Source of the DNA: Trichinella spiralis
Lineage: Eukaryota
DNA: 64,000 bases
Reading direction: 5' to 3'
Assembly: GCF_000181795.1 (NCBI RefSeq)
Contig: NW_003526943.1
Coordinates: 10,152,849 to 10,216,848, forward strand
Shown: positions 1 through 11,620 of the stretch, in pieces
How positions within the stretch are numbered: the first letter of the stretch is position 1
Layout of the letters: each line of letters starts with the position of its first letter
Notes under the pieces: model-generated
The model's database searches: none
Told to the model about the DNA's origin: nothing
The model's input: the letters and a program-made list of their open reading frames with translations, nothing else
Position numbers and translations under genes: made by a program

Positions 1-3000
1 ATCCAAATTGGATTCCGCCAAAGAACGAGTCGAGCATATTCACTATTATGTGCATCAGTTGCCGAATGAAAATTTCCGCATGTTGAAATTGTTGATGCAT
101 CATTTGAAGAGGTTTAAATGAAAAAAAAGAGCAATAATGATTGTTCTGCTGTTGTTGTTGGATTTGTTGGATCTGTTTCTTCTTCTTTTTGCTTGCTTAC
201 TTTTTCCTCTGTATGCTAATTTCAGGGTAGCAGAATGCGCATCGCAAAATTTGATGACCGCCTGCAATTTGGCCGTCTGCTTTGGACCTTGCGTGCTCAG
301 GGCCGAAGAGGAGACCGTGGCTGCAATCATGGATATTAAGTTTTACAATTTGGTGGTTGAGGTTCTGATCGACAACTGCGACCAAGTAAGTTCAACCAAC
401 AACAGTCGATAATTTCATCTCAAATCCAGGCGCACCTTCTTCCTTACCAAGCGCACGCAAAGATTGATTCATTGCAGTGGTGGGGCTATTTTTTTTTTCT
501 TTTTTGTAAATAAATATTTAAATAAATGAGCCATCGGATGTTGTTCAACTTGCATGTTCGTGACCGTTTTCTGTCGGATCGATTTGCAAATCTTTGTTTG
601 TGGTCGAGCATCGATTGCCGGCGGCGTTATATATTTCTTCCATTACAGCTTCTTACTTTGCTTTCTGCTTGCTTCGACATGTTCATCCTTTTCACCATGT
701 TCTTCTCACGACTTTGCCAAAAAAAAATGAAATACCTGTTTGCTCATATTTATCTTCCAATTTTGTACTCCATAATGTATAATAATGATTTTTTTAAAAA
801 GTTCTCATTTCTTCATGTTTTATTTTTATTCCCTATACCAAGAGGATGTTCATTTTTGTGCAATATACTACGTGGTATAAAAAATGATTTGAGAAGAAAA
901 AAGAGAAATTTTCATCAACTTACAACATGAAATGTATTGGAAATAAATTCATTTTATCTTCATCGCTCCATCCATCAGAGTTGATGATGACGATGATTGT
1001 TCTTCTCGTCTGCTAAACTCTTTTTTGAATTATAATTTCATTTTGTACTTATTTCACTCTTTTTTTCTTCTTTTAATGATAATCCAATGATATTTCTTGA
1101 ATCGTATGCAGGGCATTTTTTTTCCTCTTGGACAACGGCAAACTTTTCTGCTTTCTCTAGCAACACAAATTGGAAGAAAAATTTAAATAATAATTCGTAA
1201 TTAATTTTCATTGAAAAATGATCAACTGGTATTTAATTATCATAATAATTCTCGATTTGATTGATTGTTGGGAAAAAAATGTGAAATATTAAGGATAATA
1301 ATGGGGGAAATAATTTCTCCATTTGACAGCTGTGCAGCTGACAAAGAGAAGGAAAAATTTGCAGTGAATTTATTGAATTTGATCTAATTGGAGATGTTTG
1401 CAGATTTTTGAAGGTGAACCGAAAACATTCATAACATCTCCACCGTCGAAACCGCCTCACTCGTGCACTCGACGAAGCTTTGATTGTTGCACTGGGACCT
1501 TTTCACCGAAAAGGTAATCCACCCAGTGTTGTCATTTATGTAAATTTATTTTATTTATTTAGCATTTTGAAAACATCTGAAAATGCAGATACAAAAATTC
1601 CTGCAGATCAAACAAATGATGATGTACTGCCGCATGACGGCGTGAGGGTATCATCATCTTCAGTTTCTTCCTCTGTTTCCAACGGTAAGCAAAAAGTGAA
1701 CTAAGAGCAATATTATTTTAACAATTAATAATTTTCATTATCGCTCGTATGAATTTTCACTTTCTTTAGGAGAAGAGAATATTGATGAATCGAGAACAGG
1801 CTCGATTGGAGAATTTCTTGATCAACTTGAAAATGTTAGCTCCTTTGCCAACAGCAGGGGCTCTGCTAGTGAGTGGAGAAGTTTTAATAATTTAATTGAA
1901 ATATCTGTAAAAATTAATAATTTCATTCAAACGCAACTTTTGCAACGTTCATTATGCATGCATGATAAATGGAATCTTTTTCTACACTGATTGCAATGCA
2001 TTGTTGTAATTTTTGTTCGTTATAAAATGAATAAATCCAATTCAGCAATGATATATATATAATTTAATTTCATTACAAAAAGGCTTACAATGAATCTTGA
2101 TTAACTTATTTTCAGTAAATGTTGTGTATGATTTTCATATTTGAAATTTTGTCATTCTTTGAAATAGCATGAACGAACAATGAATCAATCAGTCAATCAA
2201 ATGTCCAACGTTGAAAAATTGACTATAATGAAATAATTTTTCTCTTATATATTCAAGAAATGAAACTTTTTCGTGCACAAATGGACATTCTGAATTATGG
2301 TCTAATTTTATACACAATTGTAGGTCGTACTTGCGTCAAATATCCACGCCCGTACACGTAAGTTGACTATGATGAAGTGATGAATTATTTTTTTTCTTTA
2401 TTTTTAAAAGCATTTTTTAGATCATCAAAACGACGATTATTTCTCAATCCAAAATTGACCATACCCAAGTATATAGATTTTTCATCTGCGTACACATGTA
2501 GTTTTTTTTGTTATTTTTTATTTATGACAAATTTGATTTTATTCAAAAGTACAGAAATTATTTCAAACGTGTTAATTCAAGCAAGTAGTTACTTTGTCGT
2601 TCATTGATGATACGGTTATGATATGTGTGTGTGTGTATGTTTTCAATTCTTAGCAAAACCCCTCCTAATCGACCTCATTCACCTGTTTCAAGAGCAGTTT
2701 CTTCTTCCGGCTTACAAGCAAGGTATATTAATAAATTGCTTGCGCGCTTATACATATGAAGAATGATTTGAATTTTTCTTCTCCATTTTTTTTCTTTCAG
2801 CAATCGTGTTCGTACATTGTACGAATGTGTGGCAGATTGTCGTTGTCAGTTGAGCTTCATGCCTGGCCAGATTCTGACAAACGGTTTGATTTTGACAGCA
2901 TATTTTTTTGTGAAAAATCATATCAATGTGAAATTTTAATATTGTTTGTTAATTTTGTTTTTTCATATAAAGTAAGCAAATCCAAAGAACCGGGATGGCT

Positions 3001-3064
3001 TGTTGGTACGTTGAATGGCAAACCCGGTTTGGTTCCTGAAAATTTCGTCGAACCGTTGCCTTAG
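1..3064 (+). CDS. GRAF/oligophrenin-family Rho GTPase-activating protein (ARHGAP26/ARHGAP10-like), 3' part: end of RhoGAP domain, low-complexity linker, C-terminal SH3; 5' end lies outside the window
   Basis: Phase-consistent GT-AG exons <1-111, 226-385, 1404-1513, 1563-1684, 1770-1868, 2324-2357, 2654-2722, 2801-2883, 2973-3064. The RhoGAP C-terminus reads VHQLPNENFRMLKLLMHHLKRVAECASQNLMTACNLAVCFGPCVLRAEEETVAAIMDIKFYNLVVEVLI; EETVAAIMDIKF is characteristic of GRAF/OPHN1. The SH3 reads VRTLYECVAD..LSFMPGQILTNVSKSKEPGWLVGTLNGKPGLVPENFVEPLP*. Confidence 0.92.
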
Positions 3065-3993
3065 ATCGATGATGATGGAGGAGACAATGTTCGTGTTTCT
3101 ATGAAGCAGTTCAAAGTGTGAAAATGGAAATAATTTGCTCGAAAATGATGTTTTTTTTGTAATATTCTTCGCATGTTATAAAAATTATATGTCTGTTCTT
3201 CGTTGGCGTAACGTTGGAAACAACGTCACCGCATTTTTCACCTCACCAACTTGATTGTCAATTAAAATTAAAAAAAAATCTTTTTTTTCTTTCAGAAATT
3301 TCACAATTCACTTATGCGCTTTAAAAGTATTCGCAGTGCGTCATAAAATTTTTAAATTCATTGATATGCGTTCCAGTTATTTTCAAAATTAAGAAGCTTC
3401 ACGTCACATTTCAACGATATAATAATTAAATCCAGTTTTATTTGAAAAAGAAAAAGCATTAACATTTTTTCAACTTGTTCAAGAGTAAAATTAATTTCAG
3501 TTCCAAAACTCAACCGTAAAAATCGGTTCACAAAATTGCTCATAAAGTTGCACATTGATTGTAATTAACCATTTTCAACGTCAACTCGTTTTATATTGAT
3601 AATAAAAACTCGTCACAGTGATATTTTGCAGTCGAATTGTATTCGTTTTTCTCATTGTCAATCCAAAAGACTAAAATATACAACTGTCCAGTGTACCACT
3701 GCACACGATTGTGATTTGTCAAAGAAGAAAAGCAGTGAAAAAAAAGTAAAGTTCTAAAAAAATGATCAAGTACTGTAATTTAATTTTATAGTACTTGAAC
3801 ATCAGCAAATTCTTACTATATTTTAGGCATTGATCTAACTAAGTCAGTGCCCTGAGTGGTGCTTGGTTTGCTTTGCCCATGCCCTGATTGGGTTGCCTGT
3901 GCCATCATTGTTCGTGACAGATGGAGCTGTAAGGCAGTGTTATTTACTTTAAGAATTTTCTGCTGTTCATCTTCACTTGCCACCCGGATCATC

Positions 3994-6900
3994 ATGAGCC
4001 GAACTCTGCCCGATGATAAGGTGATCACTTTTGTTTCTGTTGTTCCATTTTTAATACTCTTCGAGCAATTTCTTTATACATCTGTCAGTGTATGAACACC
4101 AATGTGTGTTTGAATTTATTTCACTTTTGTTTGGTTATTTTTAAAATCACATTTCCTCACTGAATAGTCGTCTGTCAGTGATCGAGTAGTATTTAAGAAA
4201 AAAAAAGGAAATTTTTTTTCAATTTCACTTTATTCAGCTCAGTATGGAAGGCACATGTCTGTCTCTGCTGAGCACACTGAAATCTTATTTTTTTCTAAAT
4301 CAGATTATCCCAATATATTATATGAAAAAGTACTGCTGCTTTTGAGTGAACGACATCGTGCTTGAAGATGTCACCCGGCTAGTAGTAGCTTCCGTCTGTG
4401 GATAGGATTTTTCAAATGCTAATCAAACGCAATTTGAATTTTATCGTTTAAATTTACCGGTTATCTGTTACTTTGACTAGAAACAGCTGTTTCCAGTGGC
4501 CTGACCGTATGGCTTGATTGGTCGTACGTCAGCGGTTTTTGTCAACTCAACTTTGCTGTTTGCATGTTTAATTGACAGTCAGTCTTCTTTTGAGAAGGGT
4601 ATTTTCTTAAATTGCCTTAATTTTGGTTGTTATCGTTGTTGTTGTTGTTGTTGTTTGGAATAGAATTTGCCTGAAATGGTAGTTTGATTTTAATACCTGC
4701 ATATCTTTGAATCATTTGACAGCTGTGCGAAATGATGGACCAAGTTTTCTGGTGTAATTTTTGAATATTATTATTATTATTTGAAGCAGTATTTTTTTTG
4801 TTACAGATCAATCTCCGGCTTATTCTTGTTTGCGGAAAGACTTGTGATTTTTTGTTCGATTCATCTTTTTCTGCTTCCGATGTTGCCCAGTATGTTTTTG
4901 ACCATTGGCCCGATGGTATGGTTTAAAATTTTTTTCATTGTTATCAATTTGGATAATAATTCCATCTGATTTATTCTCCACGTGAAAGGGTAAATTTCAG
5001 ATTGGGAAGAGGAACGTGTACAGTCGGCATCGTTGCTGAAGTTAATTTACCACGGTCGATTTCTCCATGGAAACGTCACTTTGAGAGGTGAGTTCTAATA
5101 GTTCGAGCAGCTTTTTTTTGGTTTCTAATTTTGTTGTCCAGAAAAATCAAAAAATGGTCATCTATGATTGTTATTAGTGATATTTTATTTGAAAGAAAAA
5201 AAATGTTTTTTTTCATAAATGCAATTCTTCTTCGCTTTGTATATTGGTTTTTCAATGGTTTTCAAAATGCACAAGTAGTGGTATATTAAAATTGTTTTCC
5301 ATTTTTTTTCGTTGCCTCACTTCCTCTTTTTCCTGTGAGAGCTTCAAGTATTTTTGAATAATAATAATAATAATAATGGCGTCTCATTTGAGAAGAGGAG
5401 GCGGTTGTAAATTTGGTGTGCGCTTGCACACACACACACACAGACGCACTTGCTTGCGGGTTTTAAGTTGTCGTCATATATTTTGCATGTTGTTAGTTAC
5501 TTTTTTATGCTTTCGATCGATTTTCATCTTTCAACTAAAAGACGACGGGTGTCGGGTTTTTCGTTTAAATTTTTCTCATTGTACAACTAACTGATCGATC
5601 AGTTTTTGGATTCGGTTAATATAATTAATTATGATTATTATTATTATTACATAAAAAAAAGAAAATTCCAATTTTTACAGCTTCAGGATGGGATAAATTG
5701 AGGTGTTGTTGTTGTTGTTCAGTTTTATCGAATCAAGTTTGTCGATTTATCATGATTTAATGTTTTTCGTTTCAACGATCAAGTTACACAGCAGTTGAGA
5801 TGATTAATCTATATATGTATGCTTATGATGTGTATATTTTCCACTATATATATTGTCGAACAATTATTATATTGTTTTTTCATCAGTTGGTTTCAAACGT
5901 GTAATGTCACTTTCAAGTCGCTGAACAACTGCTACTAGTTGTTCAGCTTTGACAAGAATATATATTATTTTTATTTTGTTATTAAAAAAATTTTCTCATT
6001 TTTGTTTTTGTTGTTGTTTTCTTTAAAATTTTCATATCTGTTCCATTGTGGTAAGAAACCGTAGGAAAATCAATCAAGCTAATGTTGTTCGTTGTTTCAA
6101 GTTGATTTGGAATATTTTTTTCTTGATGAAATTTCAATTTAATATTTTCTAGATATTAATTTTTTTTCAAAAAGCATAGGAAATTATTGAGGTTGTTCGG
6201 TCATTGACGATATGATGATGAACTCTGTTTGCCCCCTGAATGTGAATCGAAAAGAAATTATAAACCTTAGAGGATGTTTTTATATTATTATTATTCTGTT
6301 GTTGCTTCTGCTTTTCTGCCCGTGTGAATGCTACTGTGAGGGATGTATTGTTGACCTTGAAGCGTTCAGGTCACCAGCAACGTACCACATGTGGGATGCA
6401 GACGGAAAGCAAGCAAAAGCAGCTGTGCTTCTCTTATCACTTGGCCCGTTGTTCGTCTTGCAAACAAAAGGACCTGAACCATCCGACCGTGACCAATCAT
6501 CATTGCCACCATCTTGGTCGCAACAAGCAAAGCAACCAAGCTGCTGCGGCTGATGTTTTATGTTCTCGTGGTCGGGCGTTGTTACTTTCTTTTTTTTCTT
6601 CTATATGCTTCATCCCCAGATTGCTTGTGAAAAGCATCCTTGGGTATGAACAGCTCCAATGATTATGATTATTCAACTTTATTTTATTATTTCATCGAGC
6701 TTTCGTTAATCAGTTTAAGTTTCAGTAATCAATCAGTTGATAAATCTGACATCTACATTGGATTATTATTATTTATTATTATTCTTATTCTTAGTTCTTC
6801 AAGAATCCCAAGTTTTCAAAATCAGTCGTAGTACACTTGTATTTCACTAATAGTAATAGTAGTAATAAATAAAATAGAAATACAAAAAACAAAAAATATG

Positions 6901-8860
6901 GAATAAATTTTAATAAGTTGAATAAAATATGGCATTTTGCTCATTGAATAGAGTTTGGTTGGTTGGCTAGTTAGTTAGTTAGTGAGTAGTTCAATTGGGC
7001 AGTCGTAAAAATTGATCGTTATAATATTGGCTGGCTAGTTAATAGCTTGTCATGGCTGTTCGACGCGTCATGATGTTTTAGATTTAGCTCCACTGCTATC
7101 ATAAACTCTACTGTTGTTGTTGTTGTTGTTGTTGCTTGTGATGCTTCTGGATACTAGTTGCTAGCTCGGTTAGCTTTTCTCATTTCCGTTTTTGCTGAGA
7201 CAATATGAAATAAATATAATAAATACACGCTGACAAACGTTGTTCCAATTTTATTTCATTCACTCGGTCATTCAAAGCATCCGCTTGGCCTGATGCCTAG
7301 TTTTTCTGTTTGCTGTATATGTAGTTTGATTTATTCTCACCACCAGCCTGAACTGAACATTCGGGCCAACAAAGCATGCTGTTCTGTCATCAGACAATCC
7401 ACCATAACTTCAGACAGCAACAATAAAAGCTTTCATCTGTTCTCTTTTTTCTTTTGAAATTTCACGTCGTTTTATTATAATTCCTCTTCACGAGATCAAC
7501 GTTGTGTTTTTTGTTCATTTTTGTAACTTATACTTTCATTCTTGTTCTTATACCTCTTACTAATTAATCTCTGTTTGTTTTTTCTTTTTCAATCAAAATA
7601 TAATCTTTAAAATAAATTATTAAAAATCCAATTCGGAATTGAAATTGATGGAGAAAAGAACCAATCAATGGGTTATTATTGTTAATATTTGAATGAAAAC
7701 AGTTTACGCGCTAATGTTTTTCTTCTTATTCAACAATAGCTAATAGTATGAAGTATTTAGCTGTTCATAATCATGGGCAGTTGGGTTAATGATGAAAATT
7801 TTTATTGATATATATATATATGTATCTTCTTCATATTCTTCTTTTGTGTTTAAATGTCAAATTAAATTGGAATATTTGTCAATTTTTTTTTCAAAAAGTG
7901 AATTTCAATATAAGAATACTGTGATAATAATAGCATTTGTTTTTTGAATAGGTAATCATCGAGTATAAAACTTGCAATCTACCAATATTGCCGTCGTTGT
8001 TGTTCTGCATGGTTAATTTTTATTCAAAAAAATTACAAACTTTTTAAAACGTCTGCTGTAAAACATTATTATTATTGTTATTATTCTGTTGCTGCTTCTA
8101 AAACATCACCACCTCCTTACCCACTTACGGTATTACGGTAAATTTGAATAGAAAAAAATAAATAAGGTACTTTCTCAAGTAGAATAATGTTGAATTGATT
8201 TTTATCAAAAGCAATTTAATTTGTTTTTTCTTATTTTAAGAATGTCAATAAAATAAACAGTTGAAATGAAAAAATGCATTTGCACTTCTCTTGGGTCAGA
8301 AAGGAAGTTCGTGTGTTAAATTTTTTTTTGAATGAATTACTGATCAATCAATCGTACGAAGATAGGAAAAAAAATAATTAAAATTTTTTTGGCAGTTATC
8401 ATTGTTATACTGCTCTTGCTTTTGAAAGAAGCTTCTCTGAGTGTTTTTTAAAAATTTCAAAGCACAACTGCTAACACTTTTCGAGTGGGCTATTTTTTTG
8501 TTTTAAATGTTCTGCATTGACGTCATGCATTCAAAAAGATCTAATCCAATTTTGATTTTTCCTTCCTCTAAAAAACGAAGGAAAGCAGAAGGAAAGATTT
8601 TTAAATCATTTATTTGTTTTTTTCTTTTGGTTTAGCACTTAGTCTTCCAATTGGTAAGACGACCGTGATGCATTTGGTGGCCAGAAAGACTTTGCCGGAA
8701 CCGAATTCGCAAGGTATAATAATGAAAACAGTGCCCCTTATGAATTTGCAGCTTTCAGTTTTGTGAAATATCTATCTATCTATTTATCTATTTTTGCATT
8801 GCAGATAACCTGAAAAAGTCCAAATCAAGGCTCTGTTGCCACTGTTGTTCGGTCATGTGA
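3994..8860 (+). CDS. UBL3: Ubiquitin-like protein 3 (membrane-anchored ubiquitin-fold protein), 118 aa
   Basis: Not seen as a unit in the ORF track. Exons 3994-4020, 4807-4915, 5001-5087, 8636-8713, 8805-8860 splice in phase to MSRTLPDDKINLRLILVCGKTCDFLFDSSFSASDVAQYVFDHWPDDWEEERVQSASLLKLIYHGRFLHGNVTLRALSLPIGKTTVMHLVARKTLPEPNSQDNLKKSKSRLCCHCCSVM*. This matches the UBL3 motifs INLRLILV, LIYxGRFLHGNVTL and GKTTVMHLVAR, with a terminal CaaX. Confidence 0.97.
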
Positions 8861-9512
8861 TGATGAAGAGTTTTTCGTTTTTTTTATTTTTCTTCTACTC
8901 CTTCTCCTGCTTCTTCATTTGTTTTGTTGAAGAGGAGAAGAGGAAAAACGGTTAGCAAAAAATATAAGAAACAAAAATCCCGTGATCCATTTTCCTTCTG
9001 TCCATCCCGCGTGTCTCTGCATACCCAGTTATAGTTGCGGGTCGGCTTCACTTGCCGGCACGTTGGTACATGCATTCTTTTTTTTGTACATGAATACTGT
9101 ACAGAGTACTGTACAGACGACGACGATGACAACGACGGTTCATGCCAAAACTGTTTACAATAAAACGTGTGCATTTTCATCGTGGCGATTATTTGAAGAA
9201 TTCTATTTTCTTTAAAACAAATTTTACTTTAGTTTGATATTGACTTCACGTCAGTTGAGCACGCTATAAAGCAACAAGAGGATGACTATTTTCTCTACCT
9301 TTTTTTCTCTCTCATTTCCATAAAAAATTCTTTCTCGTCTAGTAATGTAAGCTGTGACATGCTGTTTTAACCAAAAAAACATACGAACGCCTTATATACT
9401 TGTCAAATAGTAATAATTACTTTTATTAATGAAAAATGAACGAGAACAACAAAAGAGAACAAATTGAATTAAACAAAAATGATAATGAAAAGCAGCAACG
9501 TATCGAAATGAA

Positions 9513-10863
9513 TTAATAATTCTCCTCGATTCTGTAAAAAAGTGATCGTTTGCTGGCAGCAATTTTCTCTCGCAAACCTTTCAAAAAATTCTGCTCGGCA
9601 TGCTTGACAAACGTAGCCTGAAAACCCCAGAAACGGACCACGCCTGTGACGCGCAGCCAGTCACCCATTTTGGCTTTGATCATTTCACCGTCCTAAATTT
9701 TAAATCAAAAAAAATTTAAATTTATAAAATCAAATTTATATTCACATATATATATACAATTGGATAGTAGGTCGCTGGGAGGATGCCTGTTTGGTCGCGC
9801 AGATCGAACTGATAGCCGCCGAATTTGTTCAACAATGGTTCCGATTCCAGTACAGCATAGATGTCGAACAGAAGGCCAAGATGGTGATTTTGATAGCGAT
9901 GCCATTCGAACACGTCGCGTATTGTCGCATTCAACGTCAACTGACGGGCCGAGGAACGGGCGGTGGCGCAATGGATTCCGCCGCTAACGTTCGCTGGACG
10001 TGAACGCTTTTCGGCCGGCGCCCAACATCCGCCGGACATCCCCGGACCAACGGAACAGAACTGTTCCATCGTGAGTTGACCAGCCGGCAGCTGACCACGA
10101 CCACCGGTGCCACACTGGCGACCCATGCTTGCAAATTCTGCAAGCTTTGCTTGCTTGCTTGAATAAAAGAAAGAAAAACAGAAATATCTGAGCTGTGAAG
10201 GATCCAAAATACAAAAAAAACAGTACTCGTGCGCAAGTTGCAAAGCCGACGCATCTTGTGCAACGTTGGCTTGTTTGGTGTGGAACGACAATTCCGGATG
10301 TTGTGGAATGTTATCACTCAACGGACGCATGGGACCGTTTGAATAGCACCTAGGCCATGTGGTTGTAGTTGGCTTTTTCGGCACTTCAATTTCGGGAAAT
10401 TTTCTGACCGGGAAAAATTTCGAATTTTGACTCGAGTGCAAATTTTCACAATTTGTTCCTTTTCCTCAAGAAGCGAAAAAACAGAACACTACAACAACTA
10501 ATCTGCTTATTGTGAGTGAAAATAAAGTGAACATGCTGTCAATAGTTCACATTTTACCACTGTCAAATTGAAAATAGTTGTGCAACTTAATTTAAATTTC
10601 GTACTGTATCTATGAAACATGCGACCCTACGACGAGGGTAATTTAATCAACTGTTTGGAAATGGTAATAAATAGTAAGAAGGGAATTGCTGATTATTGGA
10701 AAAAAGAAATGTTTTACATCAATCTACTTACTATCCTCAACACGCCGAATGTTTTGTTGGCTACGCATTTTGAAAATTCTCGTTAGCATACTACCTGAGA
10801 AAGGAAAGAAAAAAGTAATGAAGAAATAATATTCACAAAACAAAAAATCTCACCGTTGTCCAT
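9513..10863 (-). CDS. SPATA22: SPATA22-like protein (low-complexity N-terminus, C-terminal RPA2-type OB fold), about 296-319 aa
   Basis: Exons 10863-10854, 10794-10732, 10464-9758 (probable in-frame 69-nt intron 10226-10158) and 9692-9513. The C-terminal domain LNATIRDVFEWHRYQNHHLGLLFDIYAVLESEPLLNKFGGYQFDLRDQTGILPATYYPI|DGEMIKAKMGDWLRVTGVVRFWGFQATFVKHA aligns by eye with the SPATA22 OB fold as I recall it (..W....LLFEVLAVLDS...FLMRDGKNTLPCVFYEIDRELPRL..G...RCVG...FQCVSVRPA). The 5' exons are less certain because the acceptor at 10465 is a weak GAG. Confidence 0.75.
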
Positions 10864-11026
10864 TTCAATATTTGAAAAAAAACGGTAACTTCAAAATGAA
10901 AATAATAATAAATGAAAATACAACGCAAATGGAAAAGTAAAATAACACAGAAACAATGTATCACTACTGAGATCACACTACAAAGATATGCAAATTCACT
11001 GCAGATAAAAATTATGCAACTTTTAT

Positions 11027-11620
11027 TCAAGTGGTGCGTAACATTTTCGCTTGGCGTTTGCTTTGCAATTCTTCCATTTCTTTGATCACTAATTCTTCCC
11101 GTTTTTTCAAAAATTCATGGTATTCCACTGGATCAATATCTCTGACAACTTTAATTTTACAACTCTGGGCATAATACATAACTGTCTGGCACATCTGGCG
11201 TAAAGGCACGCCCAAGTAGACTGGTTCTTGTTGTTTCACTTTTGCAATTTCATAAACATGCTTCAAAGTGACCATGCCGGCTGTATCGGATTTACCGAAT
11301 CCACCTTTGGTAATGCCAGCCGCTTGTTTCAACAGCCAAGGAATGGGCGGGGCACAAAGTTCAATTTCATAAGTTCGGTCCGGCTTGATGTGCACTCGGG
11401 TTGGAATTGGAACGCCTTCTACGATATGTTCCGTCTTTTTGTTGAAATCTTTGGCAAACTGAGCGGCATTCAGGCCGCGTTCTCCAAGCTGCGGTCCCAG
11501 TGGAGGAGCAGCAGAAGCCATTCCTGCGGGTATGGTGGTCTTCAACAACGCACCATGGACCACTTTGGGGCGTTCTTTTTTTTTCATCAACTTGCGAACA
11601 GCACTAGCCGCTCGACTCAT
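11027..11620 (-). CDS. MRPL11: Mitochondrial ribosomal protein L11 (uL11m), intronless CDS, 197 aa
   Basis: L11 signature IPAGMASAAPPLGPQLGERGLNAAQFAKDFNKKT...GVPIPTRVHIKPDRTYEI...LLKQAAGI...GMVTLKHVYEIAKVK, with the basic N-terminal and helical C-terminal extensions typical of the mitochondrial form. A TTTAG acceptor lies 2 nt before the ATG, and AATAAA overlaps the stop codon. Confidence 0.97.
   Translation of the reverse strand: MSRAASAVRKLMKKKERPKVVHGALLKTTIPAGMASAAPPLGPQLGERGLNAAQFAKDFNKKTEHIVEGVPIPTRVHIKPDRTYEIELCAPPIPWLLKQAAGITKGGFGKSDTAGMVTLKHVYEIAKVKQQEPVYLGVPLRQMCQTVMYYAQSCKIKVVRDIDPVEYHEFLKKREELVIKEMEELQSKRQAKMLRTT

Noticed and set aside
526..930. 134-aa hydrophobic ORF
   Set aside because: It lies inside GRAF intron 386-1403. 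The Phe/Leu richness reflects T-rich intron sequence and no domain is recognisable.
5920..5947. Perfect 11-bp inverted repeat GCTGAACAACT-N6-AGTTGTTCAGC in a UBL3 intron
   Set aside because: Too short for a miRNA precursor or MITE, and I saw no second copy or target-site duplication.
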